From the NCBI GenBank assembly GCA_902384675.1, contig CABMCT010000065.1:1-41042 (forward strand): a DNA stretch of 41,042 bases. The letters run 5' to 3'. Below the pieces are notes generated by a model. It was not told the origin of the DNA. It saw only the letters and a list, made by a program, of their open reading frames with translations, and did not search any database. This DNA is from an uncultured archaeon (GTDB lineage: Archaea > EX4484-52 > LFW-46). Position numbers and translations under genes: made by a program. Each line of letters opens with the position of its first letter. Position 1 is the stretch's first letter. Below, piece after piece: positions 8,262-17,663 of this stretch.

Positions 8262-9794
8262 ATGGAAATGAAAACAGAAATCAGCGTAAAAGAGAATGAT
8301 AATGCCAGAAGGCTGGCAAATATATTTTCTATCCTTTCTATCGTGCTTGCATCTATACTTGTCATTAGCGTAAGCTCTGTCCTTAGCGCCGCTGCGCCGA
8401 ATGTCGGGCCGATAAGCGTTGAGCAGACGCAGGATGGCTCAAATACGAGCTCAAACATTACGGTAAAGGCGATAATTAATGCATCCGCGGGCACCAATGT
8501 CACATCGTGTTCGGTCCAGACAACTACTGGCGGGCTATGGTTCAATACCTCCATATGGAACCCAAATACAAGCACATGCGTGGCAAACATTAGCGGGCTT
8601 TCTGCAAATGCCACCTACCAGTTTAATATAAAAGCAATAGATAACGCAGGTAATGAAAGCGTAGGTTCTCCTGTAATAAAGGTCATAGGAAGCGCGGCCA
8701 ATATAACTGTCAGTAACGCATCAAGCAATATTACAAGCAATGTTAGTAGCATTAGCAATATTACTGCCAATATCACCAACATCACATCTAATATCACCTC
8801 AAATATTACCCAAATATCTAATATGTCTAATATTACAAACATCACCGCCCCCATGTCATTTACGACCTCGCCGGATAATGTGACTGCAGGACAAAACCAG
8901 ACAACAGTTGATTTTCCTGTGTGCTGGAACGGCTCTGATATCGGCGGGCCGGGAATAGCCAATTTCAGCCTGTTTGTTAAAAACAACACCTTGAGCTGGA
9001 TGCCCTGGACATCGCACGAAAACGCAACAAGCTTTGGCTGCGCAAACTTCACAGGAAGCACAAGAGATACATTCTGCTTTAAATCAAGGGCAACAGATTT
9101 AAACGGGACTATTGAGCCTGACAAGGACGTCGGCAATACCGGTGTAAGCTGCACTAATGTGAAAGCTTTCTCCTCCAACATCACAACTAACGGCACCAAC
9201 GTTACTGGCAACATCACTAATGTTACCGGGAATATTAGTGGCCTGTCAACATTCAATATCAGCCTATCCAGCGGCTGGAACCTGATATCCCTGCCAATCG
9301 TGCCTGTGGATAAAAGCATAACGTCGGTGCTAAAGGACATAAAAAGCAACGTAAGAAGTGTCTGGGCATATGACCCGCTAATGGCAAATTCCACAGGAGG
9401 CTGGCTGAGTTTCGCGCCGGATGCGCCAAGCAACCTTAATACAATGGACGCGGGCTTTGGCTACTGGATTGATATGGCAAACGCCAGCACCCTGACAATA
9501 TTTGGAAACTTTATGTCCCCGGCAACCACGCCGCCGCAAAGAACTCTGGTTCCCGGCTGGAACCTGGTAGGCGAGTATGGAACAGACGCCAAGAGAGCAT
9601 CTTGTTCGCTGTATTCTTTAGTCAATACAAACTCAGGCATTCCAAGATGGACTTCTCTGTGGTCGTACTCCGGAAACTTTACCCCGCTGACCGGCAATAG
9701 CACCATGAGCCCGGGAAAAGGCTTCTGGGCTGCGCTGAATTCGGAACAGGCAAGCTATATGTATGTCATAGGCGACTGCCCTTCATCGCCATAA
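8262..9794 (+). CDS. Secreted/surface glycoprotein with Fn3/Ig-like segments and Asn/Thr/Ser-rich linkers
   Basis: Hydrophobic signal segment; dense N-x-S/T sequons; YQFNIKAIDNAGNES Fn3-like strand; duplicated GWNL(I/V)...GxGYW/FW module. Confidence 0.75.
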   Translation: MEMKTEISVKENDNARRLANIFSILSIVLASILVISVSSVLSAAAPNVGPISVEQTQDGSNTSSNITVKAIINASAGTNVTSCSVQTTTGGLWFNTSIWNPNTSTCVANISGLSANATYQFNIKAIDNAGNESVGSPVIKVIGSAANITVSNASSNITSNVSSISNITANITNITSNITSNITQISNMSNITNITAPMSFTTSPDNVTAGQNQTTVDFPVCWNGSDIGGPGIANFSLFVKNNTLSWMPWTSHENATSFGCANFTGSTRDTFCFKSRATDLNGTIEPDKDVGNTGVSCTNVKAFSSNITTNGTNVTGNITNVTGNISGLSTFNISLSSGWNLISLPIVPVDKSITSVLKDIKSNVRSVWAYDPLMANSTGGWLSFAPDAPSNLNTMDAGFGYWIDMANASTLTIFGNFMSPATTPPQRTLVPGWNLVGEYGTDAKRASCSLYSLVNTNSGIPRWTSLWSYSGNFTPLTGNSTMSPGKGFWAALNSEQASYMYVIGDCPSSP

Positions 9795-9815
9795 AACCGG
9801 CGAGGGACGATTGAA

Positions 9816-10838
9816 ATGAAAACCGAAACTTTTGCTGTGTTAGCAATTTTAGCCGGCTTATTCATCGGAGGAGCCTTTGCAGAAGCTGCTGCCATACCCG
9901 GAATACCGAACCAGTTTTTCGGCTCTGTGAATTCTTTGAATGGCCCTGCCCCGGACGGCACTCTGGTTGAAGCAAAGATTGGCAATATTACAATTGCTTC
10001 AACCGTGACATCAAACGGTTTATACGGCTCTGCGCAGAACTTGTTTCTTATTACCGACCCGGACAACAACATGACTGGAAAAAACATCAGTTTCTACGTA
10101 GCCGGCGACTCTGTTGCTTCCGCAGCCTTTGCCAGTGGCCAGCATACAAAGCTGGACCTTTCTGTAAACAAAAACCTTTGGGCAGACTCAAGTTCCTCAC
10201 AGAGCAACGATAACGGAGTAAATACGAATGCAAACAAAGATAACAAAAACAGCGAAACGCCCGCAGGAATAAAAACACTGACTTTTTTTGATAATGCATC
10301 CTCAATAAAAATAAGCATCAACCTGAAGCGGGCAATTGTAAACCCGTCTCTTTTCATAACTCTTCTTCCGGGAGCTCCTGAAACTGCACCGCAGCAGCCC
10401 GTTTACCAATACATGAATGTCATTGAGAAGAACTTCGCAAATGCCGATATTGACAGCGCAACAGTAGAATTCAGAGTTAGCAGGCGCTGGATTACGGACA
10501 ATAACATAACTGCAGTATACATTTTAAGATATGACAACAGCTGGAATAAGCTACAGACCGAACTGACCGGCTCAACAGCAGATTACAACAGCTACAAGGC
10601 ATACACAAACGCATTTTCTTACCTTGCAATTGCCGGAGAAAAAGCGCCTGCTCAATTGCAGCCCCAGCAGAAAACAGGACAACAGGCTGCAAATTCCTCG
10701 GCCAACAAGGCATTGCCAACAGGCAGCTTTCTTGGCAGCGTCGCCAGCACAACATGGGTCGGCATAATCCTGCTTTTGGCAGTCATTGTCCTGTACGGGT
10801 ATCGCACAAAAGAAAAACGTAAGGAAATGACACAGTAA
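9816..10838 (+). CDS. PGF-pre-PGF-domain-like surface protein with C-terminal membrane anchor
   Basis: Signal peptide; VYQYMNV...ATVEFRVSRRWI...YKAYTNAFSYLAIAG; C-terminal TM helix and basic tail. Confidence 0.75.
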   Translation: MKTETFAVLAILAGLFIGGAFAEAAAIPGIPNQFFGSVNSLNGPAPDGTLVEAKIGNITIASTVTSNGLYGSAQNLFLITDPDNNMTGKNISFYVAGDSVASAAFASGQHTKLDLSVNKNLWADSSSSQSNDNGVNTNANKDNKNSETPAGIKTLTFFDNASSIKISINLKRAIVNPSLFITLLPGAPETAPQQPVYQYMNVIEKNFANADIDSATVEFRVSRRWITDNNITAVYILRYDNSWNKLQTELTGSTADYNSYKAYTNAFSYLAIAGEKAPAQLQPQQKTGQQAANSSANKALPTGSFLGSVASTTWVGIILLLAVIVLYGYRTKEKRKEMTQ

Positions 10839-10874
10839 TAAACCACCGGCAGTAACTGTGGGAACTTCTGCAGA

Positions 10875-11429
10875 TTACAGCCCGAGCCTTTCCGCGATTT
10901 CCTTCATTGCGGCAAGAGAAATCTCAACGAACTTGTCATAAGGAATCCCTGCTTTTTCGCATTCCATGATGTTCTCGCGCTTTGAGCCTGCAGCAAATCC
11001 CTTTTTCTTGAATGCGTTTTTGACAGAATCTTCGCTGACATTTGCCAGCTTCTTTTCTTTTACCATCGCGCATGCGATTATCAAACCCGTCATTGAATCC
11101 GCGGCAACAAGCATATGCTCCATTTTCTTTATCCTCTGCGGGGCATCGGGATTCATGTAGTTGTGCGCGACAATTGCATGAATCAGCTCTGCCGGCAAAT
11201 CCTTGTCCGCGAGAAGCTCCTTTGCAAGGACTCCGTGCATCACCGGATTTGCCTTTGTCTTCTCGAAATCGATGTCGTGCAAAAGGCCGCATAGCGCCCA
11301 CATCTCCACATCTTCCTTAAGATAGTGTGCTGCTGCCTTCATTATCGCCTCTGTCGCATACATGTGCTTCAGGAGAAACTCGCCATTTACGTGCTGTTTC
11401 ACTAACTCTTCTGCTTCCGAGCGGTTCAT
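10875..11429 (-). CDS. HD-domain (HDIG-like) metal-dependent phosphohydrolase
   Basis: LLKH...GLLHDIDFE...HG...AIVAH...AADSMTG. Confidence 0.88.
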   Translation of the reverse strand: MNRSEAEELVKQHVNGEFLLKHMYATEAIMKAAAHYLKEDVEMWALCGLLHDIDFEKTKANPVMHGVLAKELLADKDLPAELIHAIVAHNYMNPDAPQRIKKMEHMLVAADSMTGLIIACAMVKEKKLANVSEDSVKNAFKKKGFAAGSKRENIMECEKAGIPYDKFVEISLAAMKEIAERLGL

Positions 11430-11460
11430 ACAGATCAACAAATATTTTTAACTTACATTC

Positions 11461-13767
11461 TTAATAATCTTTCGAAAAAATCTTTGCCGCATCGCTTACC
11501 TGCATCCAGAAGAATGCATAGAGCCATACAAAAGCTATCATGGATAAGGATACCTGCTGCATTATTATCCCGAAGTAAGCGAATAATGAGGCTATAAGCT
11601 GCGTTCCCAAAACAGATGCAAGCAATATCTTACTTGGCATGAATTTGTACCATCTTTCCTTTGCCCTTGCAACAAGCAGGAGGAAATGGCCTCCCAGCGA
11701 CAGCTTCAAAAAGAACAGCGTCTGTAGCTGGCCAAGATTCAGATGGAAATACTCCAGCGCAAGCCATAAAAATATGATACTATTGACAACGCCCACCATT
11801 CCAAGAATTACCCCCAGCGAAGTCCTTTTTTTAAAATCAATTTTTGAAGGTGTGCTAGATATCTTAACACGGTCAAATGCTATCGAGATTATCGGAATGT
11901 CGTTTAGAAGAGACAGAAAAATTATCTGAAGCGGGGTTAAAGGATAGCTGCCTATCAGGAGGCTGATTAAAAGTATTGTCATGATAAGCCTGAAACTTTC
12001 CGATATCCTATATATTGTGTAATAATAGATTTTCTCGAATATTATCCTGCTTTCTATCAAGGCATCTGTTATGACCGAGATTCCTGGCGAGAGGAGCACC
12101 ACATCTGCCGAATTTTTTGTCGCATCAGTGGCAGTGCTGACAGCGATTCCCACATTCGCTTCTTTTATCGCAGGGATGTCGTTAACGCCGTCGCCGGTTA
12201 CTGCGCAGACGTATTTCGGCCTGGATGCAATGACCAGCTTATATTTATCTTCAGGGAACAGCCCGGAGAAGGAATCATAATTTTCTACAGTCGCTGCATC
12301 ATAATTTTTTATCTCATTCCTGCTGATTGTCCTGTCTCCTATGCCGATAATTTTTGAAATCATATTCGCGATAAACCTATTGTCGCCTGTCACCATCTTT
12401 GTTGTTATCTGGTTATCTTTCAGGAACCGGACCGCGCTTCCGGCGTCATTTCGCGGAGGGTTCAAGAGAAGGAGAAGCCCTGCCGGCCTGAAGCTTTTGC
12501 CTGCCTTGTGTGCAACAGCAATAATCTTGTAGCCGTCTTCGGAGAATTTCCTGACATTTTTCTCCATGCGCTCTTTTTCTGCTTTTGATAAGCTGCATAA
12601 CTTTGCGATTGTATCCGGCTCTCCTTTTGCAATAGAGAATTTTTTCTTTCCGAAAAATGCGGTGCTTAAAGACATCTTGCTCTCGGGGGTTGCAGGCAGA
12701 TATTTTGTAATCCGAAAATCGCGCTTCAAATCCATGCTTTTGGCTTTGGAAACTATCGCACTGTCTATCACGTCATCCGCTGATTCGTCGCTGCAGGCAT
12801 AAGCCAGCTTCATCACAAAGCCCTTTGTTCCTGTATACGGATAGACATCGGCAACCGATATGTCATTTGTAGTAAGCGTGCCTGTCTTGTCGCTCAACAG
12901 CAAATTGACGTTCGAGAGGTCCTCAAGCGATGCCAGCCTTCTTACTACAACATCTTTCTTCGATAAAGAATAAACACCGAGCGAAGTCACCAGCGTTATT
13001 ACAGTCGGCAACGCTATGGGAAAGCTTGCTATAGCGATGCTTATAATGAGAGTCAGTATTTCCAGAACCGGCTTTGAAAAATAAAGGAAATATGCGGCCA
13101 ATATGACCATTGAAATCAATCCGGCAGCTATGAGAAATTTCGTTATCATTATCACATCTTTTTCCAGTACGCTTTCCTTATGTCCTGATGCAATAAGCTT
13201 GATTGTTTTCCCGAAATACGTATTTTTTCCTGTCGCGGTTATTTCGCAGGTGCATTTCCCGGCTTTCACTATGGATGTCGAATAAAGCGCATCTCCTGCT
13301 TTTTTTTCTTTGGGAAACGATTCGCCGGTGAGCATCGACTCGTCAAGCGCCATGCCGGCTGCTTCAAGAATCTTGCAGTCCGCAGGCACTATGTCTCCTT
13401 TTTCAAGAATTATGGCATCCCCGGGAACCACCAGCCGGGAATCGATTTTTATTTCTTTCCAGTCCCTGATTACTTTGGTCTTTATGGCGAGCTTCTCTTT
13501 CAATTTTTCTATAACGTTTTCTGCCTTGTACTCGTGGTAGAACGAGATTATTATATTAATCAAAAGAAGCGAAAGAATCACATAAGCATCTTCGATTCTC
13601 TTGGCCAGAAACGAAAGCATCAATGCAACTTCCATCATCAATGAAGTCGGCTTGACAAACCACCTTAAGAATTGGATAATTGGATTGGATTCTTTTTCCT
13701 CGATTTCGTTGGCTCCGTATTCTTTTAATTTTGATTCTGCTTCTTGAGAACTCAATCCCCCATACAT
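11461..13767 (-). CDS. P-type ATPase, probably plasma-membrane H+-exporting (P3A) type
   Basis: DESMLTGES, PIALP, SDKTGTLT, TGDN, TGDGVND, LLND. Confidence 0.9.
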   Translation of the reverse strand: MYGGLSSQEAESKLKEYGANEIEEKESNPIIQFLRWFVKPTSLMMEVALMLSFLAKRIEDAYVILSLLLINIIISFYHEYKAENVIEKLKEKLAIKTKVIRDWKEIKIDSRLVVPGDAIILEKGDIVPADCKILEAAGMALDESMLTGESFPKEKKAGDALYSTSIVKAGKCTCEITATGKNTYFGKTIKLIASGHKESVLEKDVIMITKFLIAAGLISMVILAAYFLYFSKPVLEILTLIISIAIASFPIALPTVITLVTSLGVYSLSKKDVVVRRLASLEDLSNVNLLLSDKTGTLTTNDISVADVYPYTGTKGFVMKLAYACSDESADDVIDSAIVSKAKSMDLKRDFRITKYLPATPESKMSLSTAFFGKKKFSIAKGEPDTIAKLCSLSKAEKERMEKNVRKFSEDGYKIIAVAHKAGKSFRPAGLLLLLNPPRNDAGSAVRFLKDNQITTKMVTGDNRFIANMISKIIGIGDRTISRNEIKNYDAATVENYDSFSGLFPEDKYKLVIASRPKYVCAVTGDGVNDIPAIKEANVGIAVSTATDATKNSADVVLLSPGISVITDALIESRIIFEKIYYYTIYRISESFRLIMTILLISLLIGSYPLTPLQIIFLSLLNDIPIISIAFDRVKISSTPSKIDFKKRTSLGVILGMVGVVNSIIFLWLALEYFHLNLGQLQTLFFLKLSLGGHFLLLVARAKERWYKFMPSKILLASVLGTQLIASLFAYFGIIMQQVSLSMIAFVWLYAFFWMQVSDAAKIFSKDY

Positions 13768-13809
13768 AGAGAACTATTTATCAGGAGTCTTTTTATAGTT
13801 GAAAGCCAA

Positions 13810-14259
13810 TCATCGCAAATACTTTATAGCATCAACAGGATACAATTTTCCGGAAAGATAATCCCTGACAGTTGCCTTTACAGAAGAGCTACGCAGTTTT
13901 GAATCATCCATTGCAAGAATTTCTTTCGGTGCGAACCATTTTGCGTCAAGAATTTCGCCTTTCGGAATTTTCAGTTTGCCTGAAATAATTGATGCTTTGA
14001 ACTGGAAACGGATTGTCATTCGCTCGCCATTTTTTACAGCGTACTGATAAACGCCGAGCAAACCGTCAATTTTCACATCGAAACCGGTCTCTTCTTTTAT
14101 TTCACGGAATGCACCGTCGATAATTCTTTCCGGCGGGTCGAAGTGCCCTGCAGGGACATTCCATAATCCGCGCGCAGACTCTTTCGCCTCCTGCACAAGA
14201 AGAATTTTGCCGTCTTTCTCAACTATTCCGCCGCAGACCACAAGAAATTCCATAAACAA
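13810..14259 (-). CDS. NUDIX hydrolase
   Basis: Nudix box PAGHFDPPERIIDGAFREIKEETG. Confidence 0.9.
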   Translation of the reverse strand: MFMEFLVVCGGIVEKDGKILLVQEAKESARGLWNVPAGHFDPPERIIDGAFREIKEETGFDVKIDGLLGVYQYAVKNGERMTIRFQFKASIISGKLKIPKGEILDAKWFAPKEILAMDDSKLRSSSVKATVRDYLSGKLYPVDAIKYLR

Positions 14260-14262
14260 ATA

Positions 14263-15132
14263 TTACCTCGACAAAATATAAATGCCGATAATAAGCAGAA
14301 CCGCGCCGATTACGCGCGCCATGCCGTGCTTTTCTTTCAAAACGAGCCAGCCGATAAGCGCTGCAAACAACGGAAGCGTTCCTGAAACCGGCAGGACTTT
14401 TGCTGCGTTTTGCATTGAAAGCGAGTAAAACTGGAATGCGACCCCGAGAGGCGCGGCAATCGATGCGGCAAGAACCAGTCCAATAAGCTTCTTTTCTTTG
14501 CGTACTGTGTTTATTGTCTGAACAAGTTGCCTGCGCTTTGTTGCGAATGAAAAAATAATAACATAAATAGAATCAAGAAAATACATGTAAAGCGAAAGCA
14601 CAAGAGGATTCATTGTACCGACCCCAAGCTTGGCAACTATTCCAATAAGTGCAAGCAATACGGCAGATATTGCAATTAAAACGATACCTGCAGACTTTTT
14701 CGGAACTATTATTTTCCCGTCAGCCCAGACAATATAGCCGCCAAGTATAATGACAACGACTCCGAGAAAATCACGCGGAACAAATTTTTCAGACAGCAAA
14801 ACAACTGCAAGAAAAAATGAAAGCAGGACAACTATCGCATCGCGGTATGGGATTAATTTTGATACCTCGCCGGCTTTGAGCGCATAAAAATAAGTTACTG
14901 CAGCCAGAAAATAAAGCACCGATAACGCAAGCGCCGGGTAACTTATGCCCGATGCAAAAGGAACTGCAAGAGCAAGTACAAAAATAAACGCAACAACTGC
15001 ATTGATAGAAAACCTTATTGCAGAAAGCGCCAGCGCATCGACCTTTGCATTTTTCAGTATCTGCTTGTCGAAAACAGCTACAAGCGCGTGAAGGAAAGCG
15101 TAAGATAATGCGAGTATGAGCCAGAGTTCCAT
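14263..15132 (-). CDS. EamA/DMT family transporter
   Basis: About ten hydrophobic helices in two repeats ending LLSEK and VLKEK. Confidence 0.85.
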   Translation of the reverse strand: MELWLILALSYAFLHALVAVFDKQILKNAKVDALALSAIRFSINAVVAFIFVLALAVPFASGISYPALALSVLYFLAAVTYFYALKAGEVSKLIPYRDAIVVLLSFFLAVVLLSEKFVPRDFLGVVVIILGGYIVWADGKIIVPKKSAGIVLIAISAVLLALIGIVAKLGVGTMNPLVLSLYMYFLDSIYVIIFSFATKRRQLVQTINTVRKEKKLIGLVLAASIAAPLGVAFQFYSLSMQNAAKVLPVSGTLPLFAALIGWLVLKEKHGMARVIGAVLLIIGIYILSR

Positions 15133-15161
15133 TCAATTACCTCTCAATTACTTCTGCATTC

Positions 15162-16487
15162 TTAGTACAAAAACGTCTCATCCACAATCCTTTCAGAAAT
15201 CTCTCCTGCATAATTCGTAAGCATCATCTCCTTTGCTTTCTTTGCATCCTTTGTGTGCCCAAGAACCCATCCAAGCTTGATATAAGCGACTTCCGGAAGC
15301 ATATCCTTTGCGAAAATAACTCCGGCCTGTTCCATTTCAATCAGTGTGCGGTAGACGTGCGGATGCGTGCTGCCGTAAAGCGTCTGGGACGCGCTGACAA
15401 GAACGACTCCTGATTTTATGGCGTTTTTAATCGCGGTTTTCCAGGATTTTTTCGGGTCAATCGTAGCCCACGGAACATGGCCGAGAGCTGTTGTCAGCAT
15501 CACGATTCCGCGAAAACCTTTTTTCACATAAAAATCAAGTATCGTCGGGTCTGCGCCGGGATAGACTGCAACCTGCGCAACTTTTTCCTCGAATTTTGTA
15601 TCTGCAATGACGTTATTTTCATTTCTTGCGTGATAATTTCCGTCAATTACATCAAGCTTCCCATCGGTGCCGATTTTCCCAATTGGCAATGCATTTATCG
15701 GCCTGAATGCGTCCCTGCGCGAAGTGTGCATTTTCCTGACTTTTGTCCCGCGATTGATCAGACAATAATCATCATTTGTCGTGCCATGCATCACAATTGA
15801 AACTTCTGCGATGTCTGACAGGCAATAATGCGCCGCGCATACAAGATTCATTGCGCCGTCAAAACTTCCGCGGTCAGGCGAGCGCTGCGCTCCTACAACT
15901 GCAACAGGCTTGTTTAAATTATGCAGCATAAATGAAAGTGCAGCAGAAGTATAATGCAATGTATCTGTGCCATGGGTGATGATTACACCGCGCGCATCAG
16001 AGTTCAGTTCTTTGGCAGCTTCTTTTGCAAGCTCCTGCCATTGTGCAGGCGTCATATCCTCGGATGCAATCCTAAAAGGGCTCCTGATAGATTTTATGTT
16101 GACAAAATCGCGAAGTTCCGGAGTTGTACGCAGGATTTCATCCGGTTCCATCAGCATGAAGACACCCCCGGTTTTATAATCCACGCGCGATGAAATTGTC
16201 CCTCCGGTTGCAATCAGAGAGATAGGCGGTTTTGATTTGTCAAAGGATAATTTTCCAGCTGGCGCACTTCCAACCTTAGAGACGGCATGCTCCAATTTTT
16301 CTATCTTATCGCCCTTCGTGAATTTGATGCCGACATTATATCCGCTGTCCAGCTTGATTATAATATTGTTTGCATCGCCTGCTTCCGGGCGCGGCATTAA
16401 AATGCCCTCGTAATCTTTGAAAAGAATCCTGTCACCAACTGAAATTTTTTTTGATTTGAGAACCTGGCTGACTTCCTTGGGGTACAT
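15162..16487 (-). CDS. gatD: Glu-tRNA(Gln) amidotransferase subunit D
   Basis: N-terminal KLDSGYNVG, TGGTISSRVDY, HGTDTLHY, GAQRSPDR, RKMHTSRRDAF. Confidence 0.96.
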   Translation of the reverse strand: MYPKEVSQVLKSKKISVGDRILFKDYEGILMPRPEAGDANNIIIKLDSGYNVGIKFTKGDKIEKLEHAVSKVGSAPAGKLSFDKSKPPISLIATGGTISSRVDYKTGGVFMLMEPDEILRTTPELRDFVNIKSIRSPFRIASEDMTPAQWQELAKEAAKELNSDARGVIITHGTDTLHYTSAALSFMLHNLNKPVAVVGAQRSPDRGSFDGAMNLVCAAHYCLSDIAEVSIVMHGTTNDDYCLINRGTKVRKMHTSRRDAFRPINALPIGKIGTDGKLDVIDGNYHARNENNVIADTKFEEKVAQVAVYPGADPTILDFYVKKGFRGIVMLTTALGHVPWATIDPKKSWKTAIKNAIKSGVVLVSASQTLYGSTHPHVYRTLIEMEQAGVIFAKDMLPEVAYIKLGWVLGHTKDAKKAKEMMLTNYAGEISERIVDETFLY

Positions 16488-16619
16488 GATAATTATTAGG
16501 AAAGGGAATTTTATATGCTCGCGTTTCTGACATTAAACGCAAAACCGAAACACATAAAAACCTGACGGATAAAATTGAAAAAATAAAAGCTTATATACTA
16601 GTTACGCACAATAATACTT

Positions 16620-16800
16620 AGTGACTTAAATGGTACATGACACAGCAATGTGGAATTCTTTGAACCCGTTTGTGTCAGTTGATGTACTGTCTTTCAGATT
16701 CAACACCTGCATTAACTACTGCCTACACCTAAGTGCTTAATGCGGGATGATTCCAAATCTGATAAAATTCTAAGGATGACCGTGTTCTTCCAAGGTTAGT
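16620..16800 (+). ncRNA. Candidate structured ncRNA, domain 1
   Basis: TTATATA box at 16591-16597; stems 16632-16644/16671-16688, 16694-16700/16756-16762 and 16706-16715/16737-16746, with G-U pairs on the plus strand. Confidence 0.4.
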
Positions 16801-16826
16801 GTAATATTATTCAATCTATCCCAAAA

Positions 16827-16948
16827 GGGCTCCAGCGGGATTCTTGCAGTCTAAGCCCCTGCGAGAATCCCGGGGTTTTGCAGCCGTGATGTTCCCGGAG
16901 CAATTCCGTTTAAGAATTCATTGCAGGCTCAAAACCCGCCCGAAGCCC
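16827..16948. ncRNA. Candidate 122-nt three-way-junction ncRNA, unassigned
   Basis: GC-rich; closing GGGCT/AGCCC; 14-bp stem 16836-16849/16859-16872; GGGTTTTG/CAAAACCC stem with nested AGCC/GGCT, GTGATG/CATTGC and CGGA/TCCG. Confidence 0.55.
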
Positions 16949-16964
16949 GAAAGAAATTTTTTGA

Positions 16965-17393
16965 TTAGAATTCTGAAGCGATTGCTGGTGGACGATATCC
17001 TTTTTCTACAATCTTGGAAAGCTGTATGCTGCCTGTCGGCTTAGATTTAAGAATTTTAAAATATTCTGCGGCTGCGGTTCCTGTGCCTGTCAGTGTAATG
17101 GTCCTTAGACCGCCGTGATATACAATGCCATTTCGCTCTAAATAACTTAATGCCTCGCGCATCTCTTTCTTAACATTCCCGTTTATAGGATCTCTTGTTT
17201 CAACTAGCAAATGCGTTTCAATATCTTCTATATCTACAGACCCTGTGCTTTCGTAGTCTAAAAGAAAAAGTGCAATTTTTACTCCCGTTGGGCAACGCTC
17301 ATAGATGTGCTCCATCCGTGAGCTTCTTAATTCAAGGTACATTCTCTCGAATTTGTTTGTCTTTTCGGCGCCAGCTAAGCCCTGAGCCACCAT
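16965..17393 (-). CDS. Hypothetical protein, possible winged-helix
   Basis: EMREALSYLERNGIV...TITLTGTG resembles a wHTH recognition helix and wing; TATA-like TTTATAAA upstream. Confidence 0.55.
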   Translation of the reverse strand: MVAQGLAGAEKTNKFERMYLELRSSRMEHIYERCPTGVKIALFLLDYESTGSVDIEDIETHLLVETRDPINGNVKKEMREALSYLERNGIVYHGGLRTITLTGTGTAAAEYFKILKSKPTGSIQLSKIVEKGYRPPAIASEF

Positions 17394-17492
17394 AATTATT
17401 GTGTCTCGATGACATTTATAAATCTTTCAAAAAATCCACGCTCATATCCAATAGGTTTAAAAACCTTACTAATGAAGTTAATTTACGTTCTA

Positions 17493-17663
17493 GCTTTCCA
17501 ACCCATAGCAACGGGTTAATGGTTGGAATGCAGGATACGGTGTATCGAACTTTGAACCCGATGCATCGTATTCAGGGTTCAAAATCCATTCGCGACGCCT
17601 TGTCAACCATCGATTGCGTCGCTCTTGGCTTTAAAACCCAATGCGAATGAGGAATGGTTTTAA
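17493..17663 (-). repeat. Modular palindromic repeat cluster (3 units) in the fusA leader
   Basis: Arm pairs TTTAAAACC/GGTTTTAAA, TTTTGAACC/GGTTCAAAG and ATTCCAACC/GGTTGGAAA with 17-nt spacers; long linker nearly identical to the one after tRNA-Ser. Confidence 0.85.

Noticed and set aside
16827-16948. 5S rRNA, SRP RNA or RNase P call
   Set aside because: Size resembles 5S, but CCCAUCCCGAAC/GAAGUUAAG-type, SRP helix-8 and RNase P conserved motifs are not visible.
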